A stretch of 63,853 nt of DNA, filler included, from Vicugna vicugna (GCA_013265495.1; 73 parts of 72 records of this genome joined end to end with filler, not necessarily neighbours in it), one strand, 5' to 3'; shown: positions 1 through 13,240, counted from the first letter of the whole stretch. The notes: generated from the letters alone by a model not told the origin. A program made the numbers and translations.

Positions 1-914
1 TCTAACGGAATGCCTAAACTCGTCTCCCCTGAGGGTTTACCTAATACCTCTGAGCCAGGGAATGCTAGGCAGGTTTGCAGAATTTCCCAGTGACAGTGGC
101 TGACTCCCCAAGTTCAGGGAAGGTATTTCCCGGACTTCCACGAACAGGAACTCCTGTGACTGAAGAGAGACGCGTGGAGTTATCTCTCGAGCTTCCCCAC
201 GCACTGACAATGGTTCCGGAATCCTGAGCGTGGGGAGGTTCCTCCAACGATCGGCAGCGCTTAGGTTCTAACGGAAAGCCTAAGCTGGTCTCCCCTGAAA
301 ATTTTTCTAATGTGTCTGTGCCAGGGAATGCTGGAGGGGTTTGCAAGGTATCCCCGAGTCAGAGGCTGCGTCCCCAATATCAGGGAAGTTATTTCTCGGA
401 CTTCCCCGAACAGGGAACACCTGTGAATGTAGAGAGCTGCGTGGAGTTGTATCTCGAGATCCCCCACACACTGACAATGGTTCCAGAATCCTGAGCGTGG
501 GGAGTCTCCACCAACGGTCGGCAGCGTGTGGGTTCTATCGGAATGCCTAAGCTCGTCTCCCCTGAGGAATTTCCTAATGTCTCTTTGCCAGGGAATGCTA
601 CGGGGGTTTGCAGGATATCCCAGTGACAGAGGCTGCCTCCCCAAGTTCACGGAAGATATTTCTCGGACTTCCCCGAACAGGGAACACCTGTGACTGAAGA
701 GAGCTGAGAGTTGTCTCTCGAGCTCCCCCACGCACTGAGAATGGTTCCAGAATCCTGAGCGAGGGGAGGTTCCACCAACGGTCGGCAGCGCGTGGGTTCT
801 AACGGAATGCCTAAGCTCGTCTCCCCTGAGGTTTTTCCTTATGTTTGTGTGCCAAGAAATGTTGGGGGTGTTTGCAGGAAATCCCGGTGTCAGAGGCTGC
901 CTCCCCAAGGTCAG
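1..914. repeat. Satellite A, ~267-bp tandem monomer
   Basis: TCTA(A/T)CGGAA anchor at 1, 267, 534, 798 (periods 266, 267, 264). Confidence 0.97.
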
Positions 915-1014
915 NNNNNNNNNNNNNNNNNNNNNNNNNNNNNNNNNNNNNNNNNNNNTTAATTAATTAANNNNNNNNNNNNNNNNNNNNNNNNNNNNNN
1001 NNNNNNNNNNNNNN
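915..1014. other. Artificial scaffold linker N44-TTAATTAATTAA-N44 (first of 72; last core at 63350-63361)
   Basis: Identical 100-bp unit recurs between unrelated sequences; the 12-mer is palindromic and places stop codons in all six frames. Confidence 0.99.
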
Positions 1015-1233
1015 ACAGCAGCAAGTGTTTCTTAATAGCAGTAAAACGTGTGTACAGCCAGCGGTGGTTTTATAAGGCCCTTTGACGTGCATTATCACAC
1101 TTAATCTTCAAAATAATCAAAACAGTTTGTTACTTAGGATAGGAGTTTAATTTCTACTGAACAGGTGTAGCAAATGAAGCACAGGAATTCTAAAGACGTC
1201 TCTTCCCAATGTCACTTATTGTAGAGTTAAAAT

Positions 1234-1683
1234 GAAAACATTATAATGCCATCTGCAGCAACGTGATGGACCTGGAGATCATCATTCTAAGTGAAAAAAG
1301 CCAGAAAGACAAAGAAAAACATGATACCACTTATATGTGGAATCTAAAAAGGTGATACAAATGAACTTATTTACAAAACAGAAACAGACTCACAGACATA
1401 GAAAACAAACATGGTTACTGGGCGGGGAAAAGGGTGGAAAGGGATAATTTGGGGGTTCAGGATTTACATATACTAACTGCTATATATAAAATAGATGAAT
1501 AACAAGTTCATACTGTAGAGCATATGGAACTAGATTCAATATCTTGTAGTAACTTAAGGTGAAAGAGAATATGAAAATGAATATATGTGTGTTCATGTAT
1601 GACTGAAGCATTGTGCTGTACACCAGAAACTGACACACTGTAAACTGACTATACTTCAATAAATACAAAATAAAAAATATAAA
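1234..1683 (+). mobile_element. LINE-1 3' end (ORF2 tail, 3' UTR, A-rich tail)
   Basis: ATGCCATCTGCAGCAAC..GATGGACCTGGAGATCATCATTCTAAGTGAA motif; ends GACTATACTTCAATAAATACAAAATAAAAAA. Confidence 0.9.
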
Positions 1684-2012
1684 CCAACATACCTCTCCTG
1701 GTTCCTAATTGCATGGTATTTCCCTTACAATTACAACCCTTATTTTTCCTTTTCATTCGGTATCTTATGCCTTATTACCTAAAATATATATTTAATCTGG
1801 ATACAGGGCTCTGACTTATTTTCGGTCTCAGAACTGGAATGATTATCCCCCCTCAGCTTCTAGATTTTTTTTATGGTTGCCTTGGCTGTGCAGAAGCTTG
1901 TAAGTTTCATTANNNNNNNNNNNNNNNNNNNNNNNNNNNNNNNNNNNNNNNNNNNNTTAATTAATTAANNNNNNNNNNNNNNNNNNNNNNNNNNNNNNNN
2001 NNNNNNNNNNNN

Positions 2013-2846
2013 TGCCTTCTCCATCCTTCTTCCCTGTCCACACAGGAAAACACTACTGGGTACAGTACACATATATATGTGATTCTGTTCCTGTTTTTTT
2101 TATGATTATTTCTCTTATATCTTTATTTTCCTCATTTAAGTGACAACATAGAGTGTTTTCCTCTGTATGATTTATTTTCTTGTATGCAGCACTCTCTGGG
2201 TCCAGTCACATTGTTCCAGATAGCAGAAGTTTATTTTTTAATATGACAATGACTAAGTATTTATTCTTTTATCTATATCTCACATCTACTTCAGCCAAAC
2301 ATCTGCTGATGGGCAGTTGAATTGTGCATCTATCCTTGGGTATTATAAATGTTAATGTTTAAAACATTGGGGGTAATATATCCTTTAATGTGAATGTTTT
2401 CATTTTTTTGAGATTTATAACAATAACTGGAATTGCTGTAACATATACTGCTTGTATTTCTAGTTTTCTGAGCACTGACCACACTATTATAATAGTGGAT
2501 GCATCAATTTATATTTCCACAAACAGTGTACCTGGGTTCCCTTTTATCGACATTCTTATTAAATCGACATTCTTATTAATTTTTGTCATTTGTAGACTTT
2601 TTTTAATAGACATTTTGGTTGCTGTGAGTTTATATTTCATTCTGGTTTTGATTTATGATTTCCTAATGAATAGCAAAGTTATGTTTCTTCTTACGTGCAA
2701 GAAAATCATTCACATGTCTGTTTTTGAAAAGTTTCAATGAAGATCTTTCTACTGTTTTTAAGTTTGGGTCTTTTTTTTTAACTATTGAGTCTAATATGCT
2801 ATATATATATATTATGTAGATTAATATCTTGTTGGTTTCATTGTCT
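2013..2846 (-). mobile_element. Old, diverged LINE-1 3' region
   Basis: T-rich antisense L1 motifs (ATCTGCTGATGGGCAGTTG, ATTTATATTTCCACAAACAGTGTA, GTGAGTTTATATTTCATT). Confidence 0.8.
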
Positions 2847-2946
2847 NNNNNNNNNNNNNNNNNNNNNNNNNNNNNNNNNNNNNNNNNNNNTTAATTAATT
2901 AANNNNNNNNNNNNNNNNNNNNNNNNNNNNNNNNNNNNNNNNNNNN

Positions 2947-4032
2947 TCTATATTCTATATTCTGTGTTCTGCATTCTATATTATAAATTCTGTGATATGC
3001 ATGCCATGTTCTGACTTCTGGGTTCCATATTCTCTTTTCTCTATTCTATATTCTGTGTTCTACATTCTATATTCTAAATTCTATATTCAGAATTCAATAC
3101 TCTATATTCTAAATTCTGTGTTCTGCATTCCATATTCTAAATTCTGGGTTCTAAATTCTCTAATCTCTATTCTATATTCTNNNNNNNNNNNNNNNNNNNN
3201 NNNNNNNNNNNNNNNNNNNNNNNNNNNNNNNNNNNNNNNNNNNNNNNNNNNNNNNNNNNNNNNNNNNNNNNNNNNNNNNNNNNNNNNNNNNNNNNNNNNN
3301 NNNNNNNNNNNNNNNNNNNNNNNNNNNNNNNNNNNNNNNNNNNNNNNNNNNNNNNNNNNNNNNNNNNNNNNNNNNNNNNNNNNNNNNNNNNNNNNNNNNN
3401 NNNNNNNNNNNNNNNNNNNNNNNNNNNNNNNNNNNNNNNNNNNNNNNNNNNNNNNNNNNNNNNNNNNNNNNNNNNNNNNNNNNNNNNNNNNNNNNNNNNN
3501 NNNNNNNNNNNNNNNNNNNNNNNNNNNNNNNNNNNNNNNNNNNNNNNNNNNNNNNNNNNNNNNNNNNNNNNNNNNNNNNNNNNNNNNNNNNNNNNNNNNN
3601 NNNNNNNNNNNNNNNNNNNNNNNNNNNNNNNNNNNNNNNNNNNNNNNNNNNNNNNNNNNNNNNNNNNNNNNNNNNNNNNNNNNNNNNNNNNNNNNNNNNN
3701 NNNNNNNNNNNNNNNNNNNNNTGTGTTTTACATTGTATATTCTAAAATCCATTTTCCCGATTCTGTTTTCTATATTCTAAATTCTGTGTTCTGCATTCCA
3801 TGTTCTCAATTCTGGGTTTTGTATTTTGTTTTCCATATTCTCTATTCTGTTTTCTACATTCTATATTCTGTATTGTATATTCTGCATTCCGTAGTCTATA
3901 TTCTACATTCTGTGTTCTATATTGTATATTCTAAATTCTATATTCAGTTTTATGTTTTCTATATTCTATATTCTGTGTTCTGCATTTCATGGTCTCAATT
4001 CTGGTTTTTTATTCTGTTTTCCATATTCTATT
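2947..4032. repeat. Satellite E, degenerate (TATTCTA)n heptamer
   Basis: 7-bp periodicity throughout; internal gap 3181-3721. Confidence 0.95.
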
Positions 4033-6292
4033 NNNNNNNNNNNNNNNNNNNNNNNNNNNNNNNNNNNNNNNNNNNNTTAATTAATTAANNNNNNNNNNNN
4101 NNNNNNNNNNNNNNNNNNNNNNNNNNNNNNNNATGTTTTCTACATTTTCCACCGTGTGTATGCACTACTATATAATATGAAAAAGCAAATGTTTAAAAGA
4201 GAATATCTCTCTTCTCCGGATATGATTTGGTTAGAGGATGAGTCAGATACATATAATAAGAGAACCTTGAATACATGTGTCCATAATTCACTCTTTAAAT
4301 TCAGGAACAGAAAACTCAGGAATGAAATAGATTAAGAGAATCAAAGATACTTGTATTCAAGATTAGCAAGTAGGAATGTCCTCAACAGAAATGGTTATAA
4401 TCTATAATTCAGGGATTAAATGTGATAATGAAGGTACAAAGACAACATGAAGTAGAAAATGCCACGTGGCAAGCACTGAGTAAAGGGCAATTTACTATGA
4501 TTATGCCAATATGTTTGGTCAATTCCCAAGCAAATGATTGTGTAACCCCTGCTAGAGGGAGAAAGCTTCCAGCCTTGGCTGGAGAGGGGGGAGGATTCAC
4601 TGTCTGTATTTTTTAAAATGTCTACAGGTGCTTCTCATGTGCAAATTGATATCCCTGCATGAGAACCATAACCCAACAGAAAACCCAAAAGACCGAGGAC
4701 AATGATGGGTAGACGACAGCCCAAGCTTTTCTGCCACAGATGAGTGGTTCCACTGAGGAAGACTGAGCAAGAGGCTCAGAGTCTTAGCTAAGGACAAGCA
4801 TGTCGGGACTTCTAATACGACCTAATGTCATCGATGGACATCGATGGGGGAGGGCAGTTCAGCACAAGAAGGGAGCGCCAGGTGAGTTAACATGGAAGTT
4901 TCATCCCGAATCCAAACCGTAATGGATTTGGGTCCCGGAGGGTTAAAGACCTGCTTCCCTGGGGCATGGACCGGATTCCACAAGAGGCTGAGACNNNNNN
5001 NNNNNNNNNNNNNNNNNNNNNNNNNNNNNNNNNNNNNNTTAATTAATTAANNNNNNNNNNNNNNNNNNNNNNNNNNNNNNNNNNNNNNNNNNNNGGTGGC
5101 AGGAGCTCCTGGACGCAGGGGGCCTCCTTTGTGCTTCCCTGCTGCACAGTGGCTCCTGGATTCGGGGGACGTGTGAGGCTGACGGGGCATTCGTTGCACG
5201 GTGCCAACTGAAAATGCCATCCTTTCATTGTATGATTCTGTAGTTGGACGTAACCCTTCCAAAATGAATCGCAAAATCATTTCTTTCCATTGCCAGATAA
5301 TGCAAATGTTCATCTTCTCTCTGATGAATATATAAAGGTTCCATGTGGGGGTGAAGTGATACTCAGTGGGGGTGACTTACTTAAAAATCCCTCATGTCAC
5401 CCGTAAACTGGAGATGGGGCACCAGCAAGGAGGTGACGTGAATAAAAGAGGGTTTACCGCATACAACCTGTGGGCTGCAGATTGTGAACGTAAACTGCAA
5501 GTGTGACAGTCCCCTCCCCTGGTAAATAAGTCTTCGGTTGGCCACATAGAGTCATCACTTCTTAGTTTGCTTCTTATTCTGGCGTTCTGTTATGTTAGTT
5601 ACACAACACTTCATTCAGACGCTGACACTACAACAGAAGTGCCCCCATGGACACATAGTCACAATGTCATTTTAGGGACAGCGGCTTGCACCTGGGGGTC
5701 TGGGGGTTTTTCATGAACTCCTGTAACGTTGAGATCCACTTTGTGCCCAGGGTTAGGCTTTGCTGTTGGAATGGACANNNNNNNNNNNNNNNNNNNNNNN
5801 NNNNNNNNNNNNNNNNNNNNNTTAATTAATTAANNNNNNNNNNNNNNNNNNNNNNNNNNNNNNNNNNNNNNNNNNNNCACTGAGTGGAGGTTGTTTGCTT
5901 CTGCCACATACTTGGTGGCACTACCTCCTGTGACCACTTTAAAATAAGTGATCACTTTGTGGGTTTTCACACCACACATGTCCAGAGTGATCAGGAGTCC
6001 TCCGGCAGCCAATAGCTGTCACTCTTCTAGATTCCTGCTTTCTCTTTGTCTAAACTCTAAGCATCTGTCTTTTTCTTTATCAGCTCATGGATGCATAAGA
6101 TGTAATTTAATTTGTTATTTGGATTTTAAATTGTTTTTTGAAGGGAAGATTGTTCAGGGCATCTAGTCTGCCACATAGTCAGATTTAGAACTTTCTACTC
6201 TTGGCTAGAATGTGAAACTATGTGAAAAAATTTCCTGGTGTGTGTGACTTACGTAATACAGATTCTTTTTGTATTTCTTTGTCTTTTTCTAG

Positions 6293-6346
6293 GGTGATCG
6301 TGGAGTCCCAGGGTCATCTGGAGAAAAAGGAAACAGGGGAAATTGG
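6293..6346 (+). CDS. Single 54-nt collagen triple-helix exon (GDRGVPGSSGEKGNRGNW)
   Basis: Polypyrimidine tract plus AG at 6291-6292, six perfect Gly-X-Y triplets in phase 0, GTAAAG donor at 6347; 54 nt is a canonical collagen exon size. Confidence 0.88.
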
Positions 6347-6747
6347 GTAAAGTGTGAGAAGATTCTTCTCCCACATCTCTCAGATTCTTGCTGCAGAAAC
6401 TGACCTGGACAGCTTATTTCTAAGCTCTGGGAAAGCGTCGTCTGGTAGCACTAGTACTGGGTTGGGAGTGAAAGGGTGATAAATATTAGATTAGTCTTTG
6501 GAACTTCTACTTAAGGCCTGACTCTGCTGATAGTGAAATGGGTCTTGGGAACCAGCTTACTTAACCTTTTGTGCTTTATCATGGGTGTCATTCCCTTTTG
6601 CACAAGCTTTTCATGGCTTCCTGTCACCAGTGATGTAGTCTGACACGNNNNNNNNNNNNNNNNNNNNNNNNNNNNNNNNNNNNNNNNNNNNTTAATTAAT
6701 TAANNNNNNNNNNNNNNNNNNNNNNNNNNNNNNNNNNNNNNNNNNNN

Positions 6748-7537
6748 TTCCTTTGGCCAGGCTGTGAGCGAAGGTGGGTGTTGGGTACTAAAAACTAGTA
6801 ATAGCGAGTGCCCCTCTATGTGCATTGGAGGTTTTTAAAATACATCCCCAAACTTGGAACACCTGTGCCCCCCCAAAAATGCGTGGACTCTGTTTCCCCA
6901 CCTCCAGCACACACACGAAAACGGGTTGAGGTTTCCTGAGTGTGGGGAGGCACCTACAACTGACAGCAGGGCCTGGGTTCTAATACAATCCATTNNNNNN
7001 NNNNNNNNNNNNNNNNNNNNNNNNNNNNNNNNNNNNNNNNNNNNNNNNNNNNNNNNNNNNNNNNNNNNNNNNNNNNNNNNNNNNNNNNNNNNNNNNNNNN
7101 NNNNNNNNNNNNNNNNNNNNNNNNNNNNNNNNNNNNNNNNNNNNNNNNNNNNNNNNNNNNNNNNNNNNNNNNNNNNNNNNNNNNNNNNNNNNNNNNNNNN
7201 NNNNNNNNNNNNNNNNNNNNNNNNNNNNNNNNNNNNNNNNNNNNNNNNNNNNNNNNNNNNNNNNNNNNNNNNNNNNNNNNNNNNNNNNNNNNNNNNNNNN
7301 NNNNNNNNNNNNNNNNNNNNNNNNNNNNNNNNNNNNNNNNNNNNNNNNNNNNNNNNNNNNNNNNNNNNNNNNNNNNNNNNNNNNNNNNNNNNNNNNNNNN
7401 NNNNNNNNNNNNNNNNNNNNCTCCTGCAGCACACACGAAATTGGGTTCACATGTCTTGAGTGTGGGGAGGTTCCTTCAACGAACAGCAGCGTCTGTGTTG
7501 TAATACAATACCTTAACTGGTCTTCCATGATGGCTTG
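6748..7537. repeat. Satellite D, diverged ~267-bp monomers related to A
   Basis: CCTGAGTGTGGGGAGG..AACTGACAGCAG..TGGGTTCTAATA core; closely matches 48254-48500. Confidence 0.9.
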
Positions 7538-7637
7538 NNNNNNNNNNNNNNNNNNNNNNNNNNNNNNNNNNNNNNNNNNNNTTAATTAATTAANNNNNNN
7601 NNNNNNNNNNNNNNNNNNNNNNNNNNNNNNNNNNNNN

Positions 7638-8066
7638 TGCTGTATGATACAGCCCTGTAACCTATCCATTTTATACATAGTAATTTTTACCTGTCAATCC
7701 CCTACCCCCTTCCTGCTTCCCCTCTCCTCCTTCTCCCCATTGGTAATCACCAGTCTGTTCTGTGTACCTGTGAGTCTATTTCTGTTTTATTATAATCATT
7801 AATTTGTTTTACTTTTTAGATATACATATAAGCTAATACATAGAATATTTTTTTCTTTCTCTGACTTATTTCACTTAGCATAATATGCTGTAGTTCCATC
7901 CATGTTATTGAAAATGGCATTATTTTATTTTTTAATGGCTGAACAGTATTCCAATTGTGTGTGTGTTCATGATATGTATATATGTGTGTGTATATATATG
8001 TATACATGTATATTTAATTACATATACATATATATATATAATATACCACAACTTCTTTATCCAGTC
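7638..8066 (-). mobile_element. LINE-1 3' end with (TA/TG)n expansion
   Basis: CTGACTTATTTCACTTAGCATAAT..TCCATCCATGTT..AATGGCAT antisense L1 motif. Confidence 0.88.
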
Positions 8067-8166
8067 NNNNNNNNNNNNNNNNNNNNNNNNNNNNNNNNNN
8101 NNNNNNNNNNTTAATTAATTAANNNNNNNNNNNNNNNNNNNNNNNNNNNNNNNNNNNNNNNNNNNN

Positions 8167-9571
8167 CGAATTCTATCCTAGAGATATATAATTTAAATAG
8201 CTTCCATCAACTTGAGATTCCGTACTCAGTACATGCTACATGAATGACGGATTCGACAAACATGGATTCCTGAGTTGAGAGCATGTTCATTACTGATCTT
8301 TCATCCTCTATAAAAGGAAAATTTTTATCTAGACACGTGTACGCATTTTCAGAAGCTTTCCCTAACACCAGTGTCGAATTCTTGCATTTTTCACAGAAAA
8401 ATACTTCTGGAGCGATTCCAATGAAATAGATATGTAATTTATATGAATACCATCAACATGGCATTCCGGGTTTCGTACATGCTACAAGCATGACAGATAC
8501 GAAAACATGAGTCTATGAGTTGTGAGCATGTTGGTTACTGAACTTTCATCCTCTGAACAAGGAGTATATAGACTTAGGAATATTTACTCTGACTTCATAG
8601 GTTTTTCCTATCGCCACTTTCTAAAATCGGACATTTGGCACCAGGAAGCACTCTTTGAGCGAATACCCACCAACACACATGAATTTACATTTTTTACATA
8701 ACCATGGCATTCCGTATTCTGAACATGTTTCATGCATCACGGATTTCTCAAACATGCATTTCTGAGTTGTGAAGATGCGCATGACTGATGTTACAACCAC
8801 CAAACCAGTTACATATGCACTTTGAAATATTTACTTTGACTAGGTTGCTTCTTCCTATCACGAGTGTTAAGAATTACACTTTGATCCCAGAAAAACACTC
8901 TTGGAGCGAATTCTACCCAAGACATATGTAATTTGAAAAGATTCCATCTACATGATATTCCGTGTTCCGTACATGCTACATTCATGACGTCTTTNNNNNN
9001 NNNNNNNNNNNNNNNNNNNNNNNNNNNNNNNNNNNNNNNNNNNNNNNNNNNNNNNNNNNNNNNNNNNNNNNNNNNNNNNNNNNNNNNNNNNNNNNNNNNN
9101 NNNNNNNNNNNNNNNNNNNNNNNNNNNNNNNNNNNNNNNNNNNNNNNNNNNNNNNNNNNNNNNNNNNNNNNNNNNNNNNNNNNNNNNNNNNNNNNNNNNN
9201 NNNNNNNNNNNNNNNNNNNNNNNNNNNNNNNNNNNNNNNNNNNNNNNNNNNNNNNNNNNNNNNNNNNNNNNNNNNNNNNNNNNNNNNNNNNNNNNNNNNN
9301 NNNNNNNNNNNNNNNNNNNNNNNNNNNNNNNNNNNNNNNNNNNNNNNNNNNNNNNNNNNNNNNNNNNNNNNNNNNNNNNNNNNNNNNNNNNNNNNNNNNN
9401 NNNNNNNNNNNNNNNNNNNNNNNNNNNNNNNNNNNNNNNNNNNNNNNNNNNNNNNNNNNNNNNNNNNNNNNNNNNNNNNNNNNNNNNNNNNNNTCCTCAA
9501 ACATGCATTTCTGAGTTGTGGACATCCGCATAACTGATGTTTCAACCACCAAACAAGTTACCTATGCACTC
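8167..9571. repeat. Satellite C, AT-rich ~740-bp trimer (reverse orientation)
   Basis: Reverse complement of the 13241-14131 unit. Confidence 0.92.
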
Positions 9572-9671
9572 NNNNNNNNNNNNNNNNNNNNNNNNNNNNN
9601 NNNNNNNNNNNNNNNTTAATTAATTAANNNNNNNNNNNNNNNNNNNNNNNNNNNNNNNNNNNNNNNNNNNN

Positions 9672-10439
9672 TGGGTTTTAATACAGTACATTTACTTGTC
9701 TTCAATAATGGCTTGACAAGGGCGGTGTGCGGGGTAATTGGGTGTTGGGCCGTAAATCCAAGTATTACCGAGTGCTTCTCCATGGGAAGAGGAAATTATT
9801 CACCAAAATCCCACAACCTGGGAATACCTGTGCTCCTTGAAAATTGCGTGGACTCTGTTTCCCCACCTCCAGCACACACATGAAAAATTGTTCTGGTATC
9901 CTGAGTGTGGGGAGGCACCTCCCACTGACAGCAGCATCTGGGATCTAATAGGTTCCCTTAGGTTANNNNNNNNNNNNNNNNNNNNNNNNNNNNNNNNNNN
10001 NNNNNNNNNNNNNNNNNNNNNNNNNNNNNNNNNNNNNNNNNNNNNNNNNNNNNNNNNNNNNNNNNNNNNNNNNNNNNNNNNNNNNNNNNNNNNNNNNNNN
10101 NNNNNNNNNNNNNNNNNNNNNNTCAATCAACAGCACACACACAAAGACTTGTTCAGGTATCCTGAGTGTGGGGAGTCTCCTCCAACTGACAGCAGCGCCT
10201 GGGTTCTAATAGAATCCCTTAGCTTGTCTTAGCTGATGGCATGCCTAGGCTGGAGAGTGGGGGAAAGTGGGGGTTGGGTTTGAAGTCCAAGTAGCAACGA
10301 GTGCCCCGCGATTTACTGAGGAAGTACTTAGAGAATTTCACGCTAATGTGGAACACCTTGCCCCCATTCATCTGTGTGGACTGTGTATCCTCATCTCCCC
10401 CACACACAAGGGTGGGATCCGGAATCCTGAGTGTGTGGA
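9672..10439. repeat. Satellite D
   Basis: CCTGAGTGTGGGGAG core at ~9900, ~10161 and ~10426. Confidence 0.9.
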
Positions 10440-10539
10440 NNNNNNNNNNNNNNNNNNNNNNNNNNNNNNNNNNNNNNNNNNNNTTAATTAATTAANNNNN
10501 NNNNNNNNNNNNNNNNNNNNNNNNNNNNNNNNNNNNNNN

Positions 10540-11050
10540 CAATACCTCTCATAAATATAGTTGTAAAAATTAACTGTTAGCAATAGAAATGAGATATATA
10601 CAGATTTAGAGAGATATGCATCATCACCCCAGGGAATTTTATCCCAGGAATGTAAGACTGATTTAACACTTGAAAATCAATCAATATAACCCACCATATA
10701 ATAAAACTAAAAAATAAAAGGTATATATACATGATTATCTTAATCAATGCAGAAGCATTTGAAAAATCCAACATCCATTCCTAATTAAAAAAAAATTGTT
10801 AGCCAATATTTCATAATAACTTTAAATGGAATAAGTTATAAAAAAATGTTGAATCACTATGTTATACACCTGAACAAGAACAAACTTTGTAAATAGACTA
10901 TACTTCAATTTTAAGAAAATACTTAGAAAACTAGGAAATAAAACTCAACTTAATAAAAGACATCTACCAAAAAAATACAACGTCATATTTAATAATGAAA
11001 TGCCGAATGCTTCCCCTAAGATCAAGAGCAACACAAGGATGGCCACTGTA
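10540..11050 (+). mobile_element. Decayed LINE-1 ORF2 (RT region) fragment
   Basis: TTTATCCCAGGAATG..AAAATCAATCAATATAACCCACCATAT..CAATGCAGAAGCATTTGAAAAATCCAACATCCATTC..ACAAGGATG. Confidence 0.88.
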
Positions 11051-11907
11051 NNNNNNNNNNNNNNNNNNNNNNNNNNNNNNNNNNNNNNNNNNNNTTAATT
11101 AATTAANNNNNNNNNNNNNNNNNNNNNNNNNNNNNNNNNNNNNNNNNNNNGTCAGCTCAACTCTGATGGTGGCTATGTTGCTGCTTACATTAGCACTCTG
11201 GGGTTCAGTTGGGCTGGTGCTTTGAAAACTATTCTCTGAGCTCAGCAGCTATTTTCCAGCTCTCTTATCAGACAAAGGGTCTTACCGTGATCATCTTAAC
11301 AAGGTTCTATTCTGATAAGTCAAAAGCTACAGTTTACTTTTAAAATTAGATATCCTAAAGAAGAATATTGTTTGTTTGTCCATCTGTAGTTTTCTACCTG
11401 GGAAAACCTAGACTATTTGAAAAAGTACAAAAGTTGGCTGGTGCTTTGAAAACTATTCTCTGAACTTTGTCCACAGAACTCTTCCCACTAAATACTACAA
11501 ATTTGTCTTCCTCTGTGTGTGTGTGTGAAGATGGATTGTTAAGCAGTAACTAATTTTTTAGTTGAGTCATCAGTGAATTATTTTTCTGCATCTGGCGAAT
11601 CTCTGTGAATTAAGAATTTCATTGAGCAACCAGATTTTATTCCAATCAGGGAGAGGTAAATTATATTTCTCCCAGTTTACTAATTGTTACCTGTTCATTC
11701 AAATCCGTGCTGATGTTAGGGCCAAGCCACTGAACCCTTGAATTGGACTGAGGCATATATACTCTACAGTCCCCAGAGCCCAGCACAGCACTGTGTCTCC
11801 TTTTTAANNNNNNNNNNNNNNNNNNNNNNNNNNNNNNNNNNNNNNNNNNNNTTAATTAATTAANNNNNNNNNNNNNNNNNNNNNNNNNNNNNNNNNNNNN
11901 NNNNNNN

Positions 11908-12584
11908 AAGAGTGTTTTCTGATGCCAGATGTCCGATTATAGTACCTGGTGAAAGAGAAATATATGAAGTCAGGGTAAATAATTCTAAGTGTTTATACAC
12001 ATTGTTTGGTGGATGAAAGGTTAGTAATCCACATGCTCACATGTCAGAAATTCATGATTGTCGAATCAGTCATGCATGTAGCATGTACGGAACCCGGAAT
12101 GCCATGTTGATGGAATTCATGTAAATTACATACCTATTAGGTGNNNNNNNNNNNNNNNNNNNNNNNNNNNNNNNNNNNNNNNNNNNNNNNNNNNNNNNNN
12201 NNNNNNNNNNNNNNNNNNNNNNNNNNNNNNNNNNNNNNNNNNNNNNNNNNNNNNNNNNNNNNNNNNNNNNNNNNNNAAGATTAGTACATGCTCTCAACTC
12301 AGGAATGCATGTTTGTGAAATCCGTCATGTATGTAGTATGTAAGGAACACGGAATATCATGTAGATGGGATCTATCCAAATTATATATCTCTAGGGTAGA
12401 ATTCGCTCCTAGAGGGTTATTGTGGGATCAAAGTGTGATTCTTAAAACTGGTGATAGGAAGATGCTGTGAAGTAAAAATAAATATTTCAAAGTGCGTAGG
12501 TAACTTGTTTGGTTGTTGAAACATCAGTAATGCGCATGCTCACAATTCAGAACTGCATGTTTGAGGAATCCGTGATGCATGAAA
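11908..12584. repeat. Satellite C
   Basis: Shares CACATGCTC, GGAACACGGAATATCATG and GGTGATAGGAA motifs with other C scaffolds. Confidence 0.92.
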
Positions 12585-12684
12585 NNNNNNNNNNNNNNNN
12601 NNNNNNNNNNNNNNNNNNNNNNNNNNNNTTAATTAATTAANNNNNNNNNNNNNNNNNNNNNNNNNNNNNNNNNNNNNNNNNNNN

Positions 12685-13140
12685 AGTAGGCGTAAAACCT
12701 AGTATTAGCGAATGCCTCTGCATGGGAAGAGGAGGTGTTTAACCAACAAACCCCAAACTGGGAAAACCTGTGGCCCTTGAAATATGCCTGAACACTGTTT
12801 CCCCACTTCCAGCAGACACACGGAAAAGTGTTCTGTTATCTTGAGTGTGGGGAGGCTCCTCCAAATCACAGCAGAACCTGGGATCTAATAGGATCCCTTA
12901 GGTTGACTTCACTGAGAGTTTGCCCAAGCCGTGCAGTGAGCGAAGGTGCAGAGGTGCAGAGACTCAAGCCAAATATTAACGAGGGCCATTCTATGGGAAG
13001 TGGAGGTGGTTAAACTACATCCTCAACATGGGAACACCTGTGTCCACATAAAGATCAGTAGAATCTGTAATCTAACCTCCAGCACACACAAGAACAGTTG
13101 TTCAGGTATCCTGAATGTGGGGAAACACCTCCAACAGACA
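12685..13140. repeat. Satellite D
   Basis: CCAGCA(G/C)ACAC..TGA(G/A)TGTGGGGA core occurs twice about 270 bp apart. Confidence 0.88.
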
Positions 13141-13240
13141 NNNNNNNNNNNNNNNNNNNNNNNNNNNNNNNNNNNNNNNNNNNNTTAATTAATTAANNNN
13201 NNNNNNNNNNNNNNNNNNNNNNNNNNNNNNNNNNNNNNNN

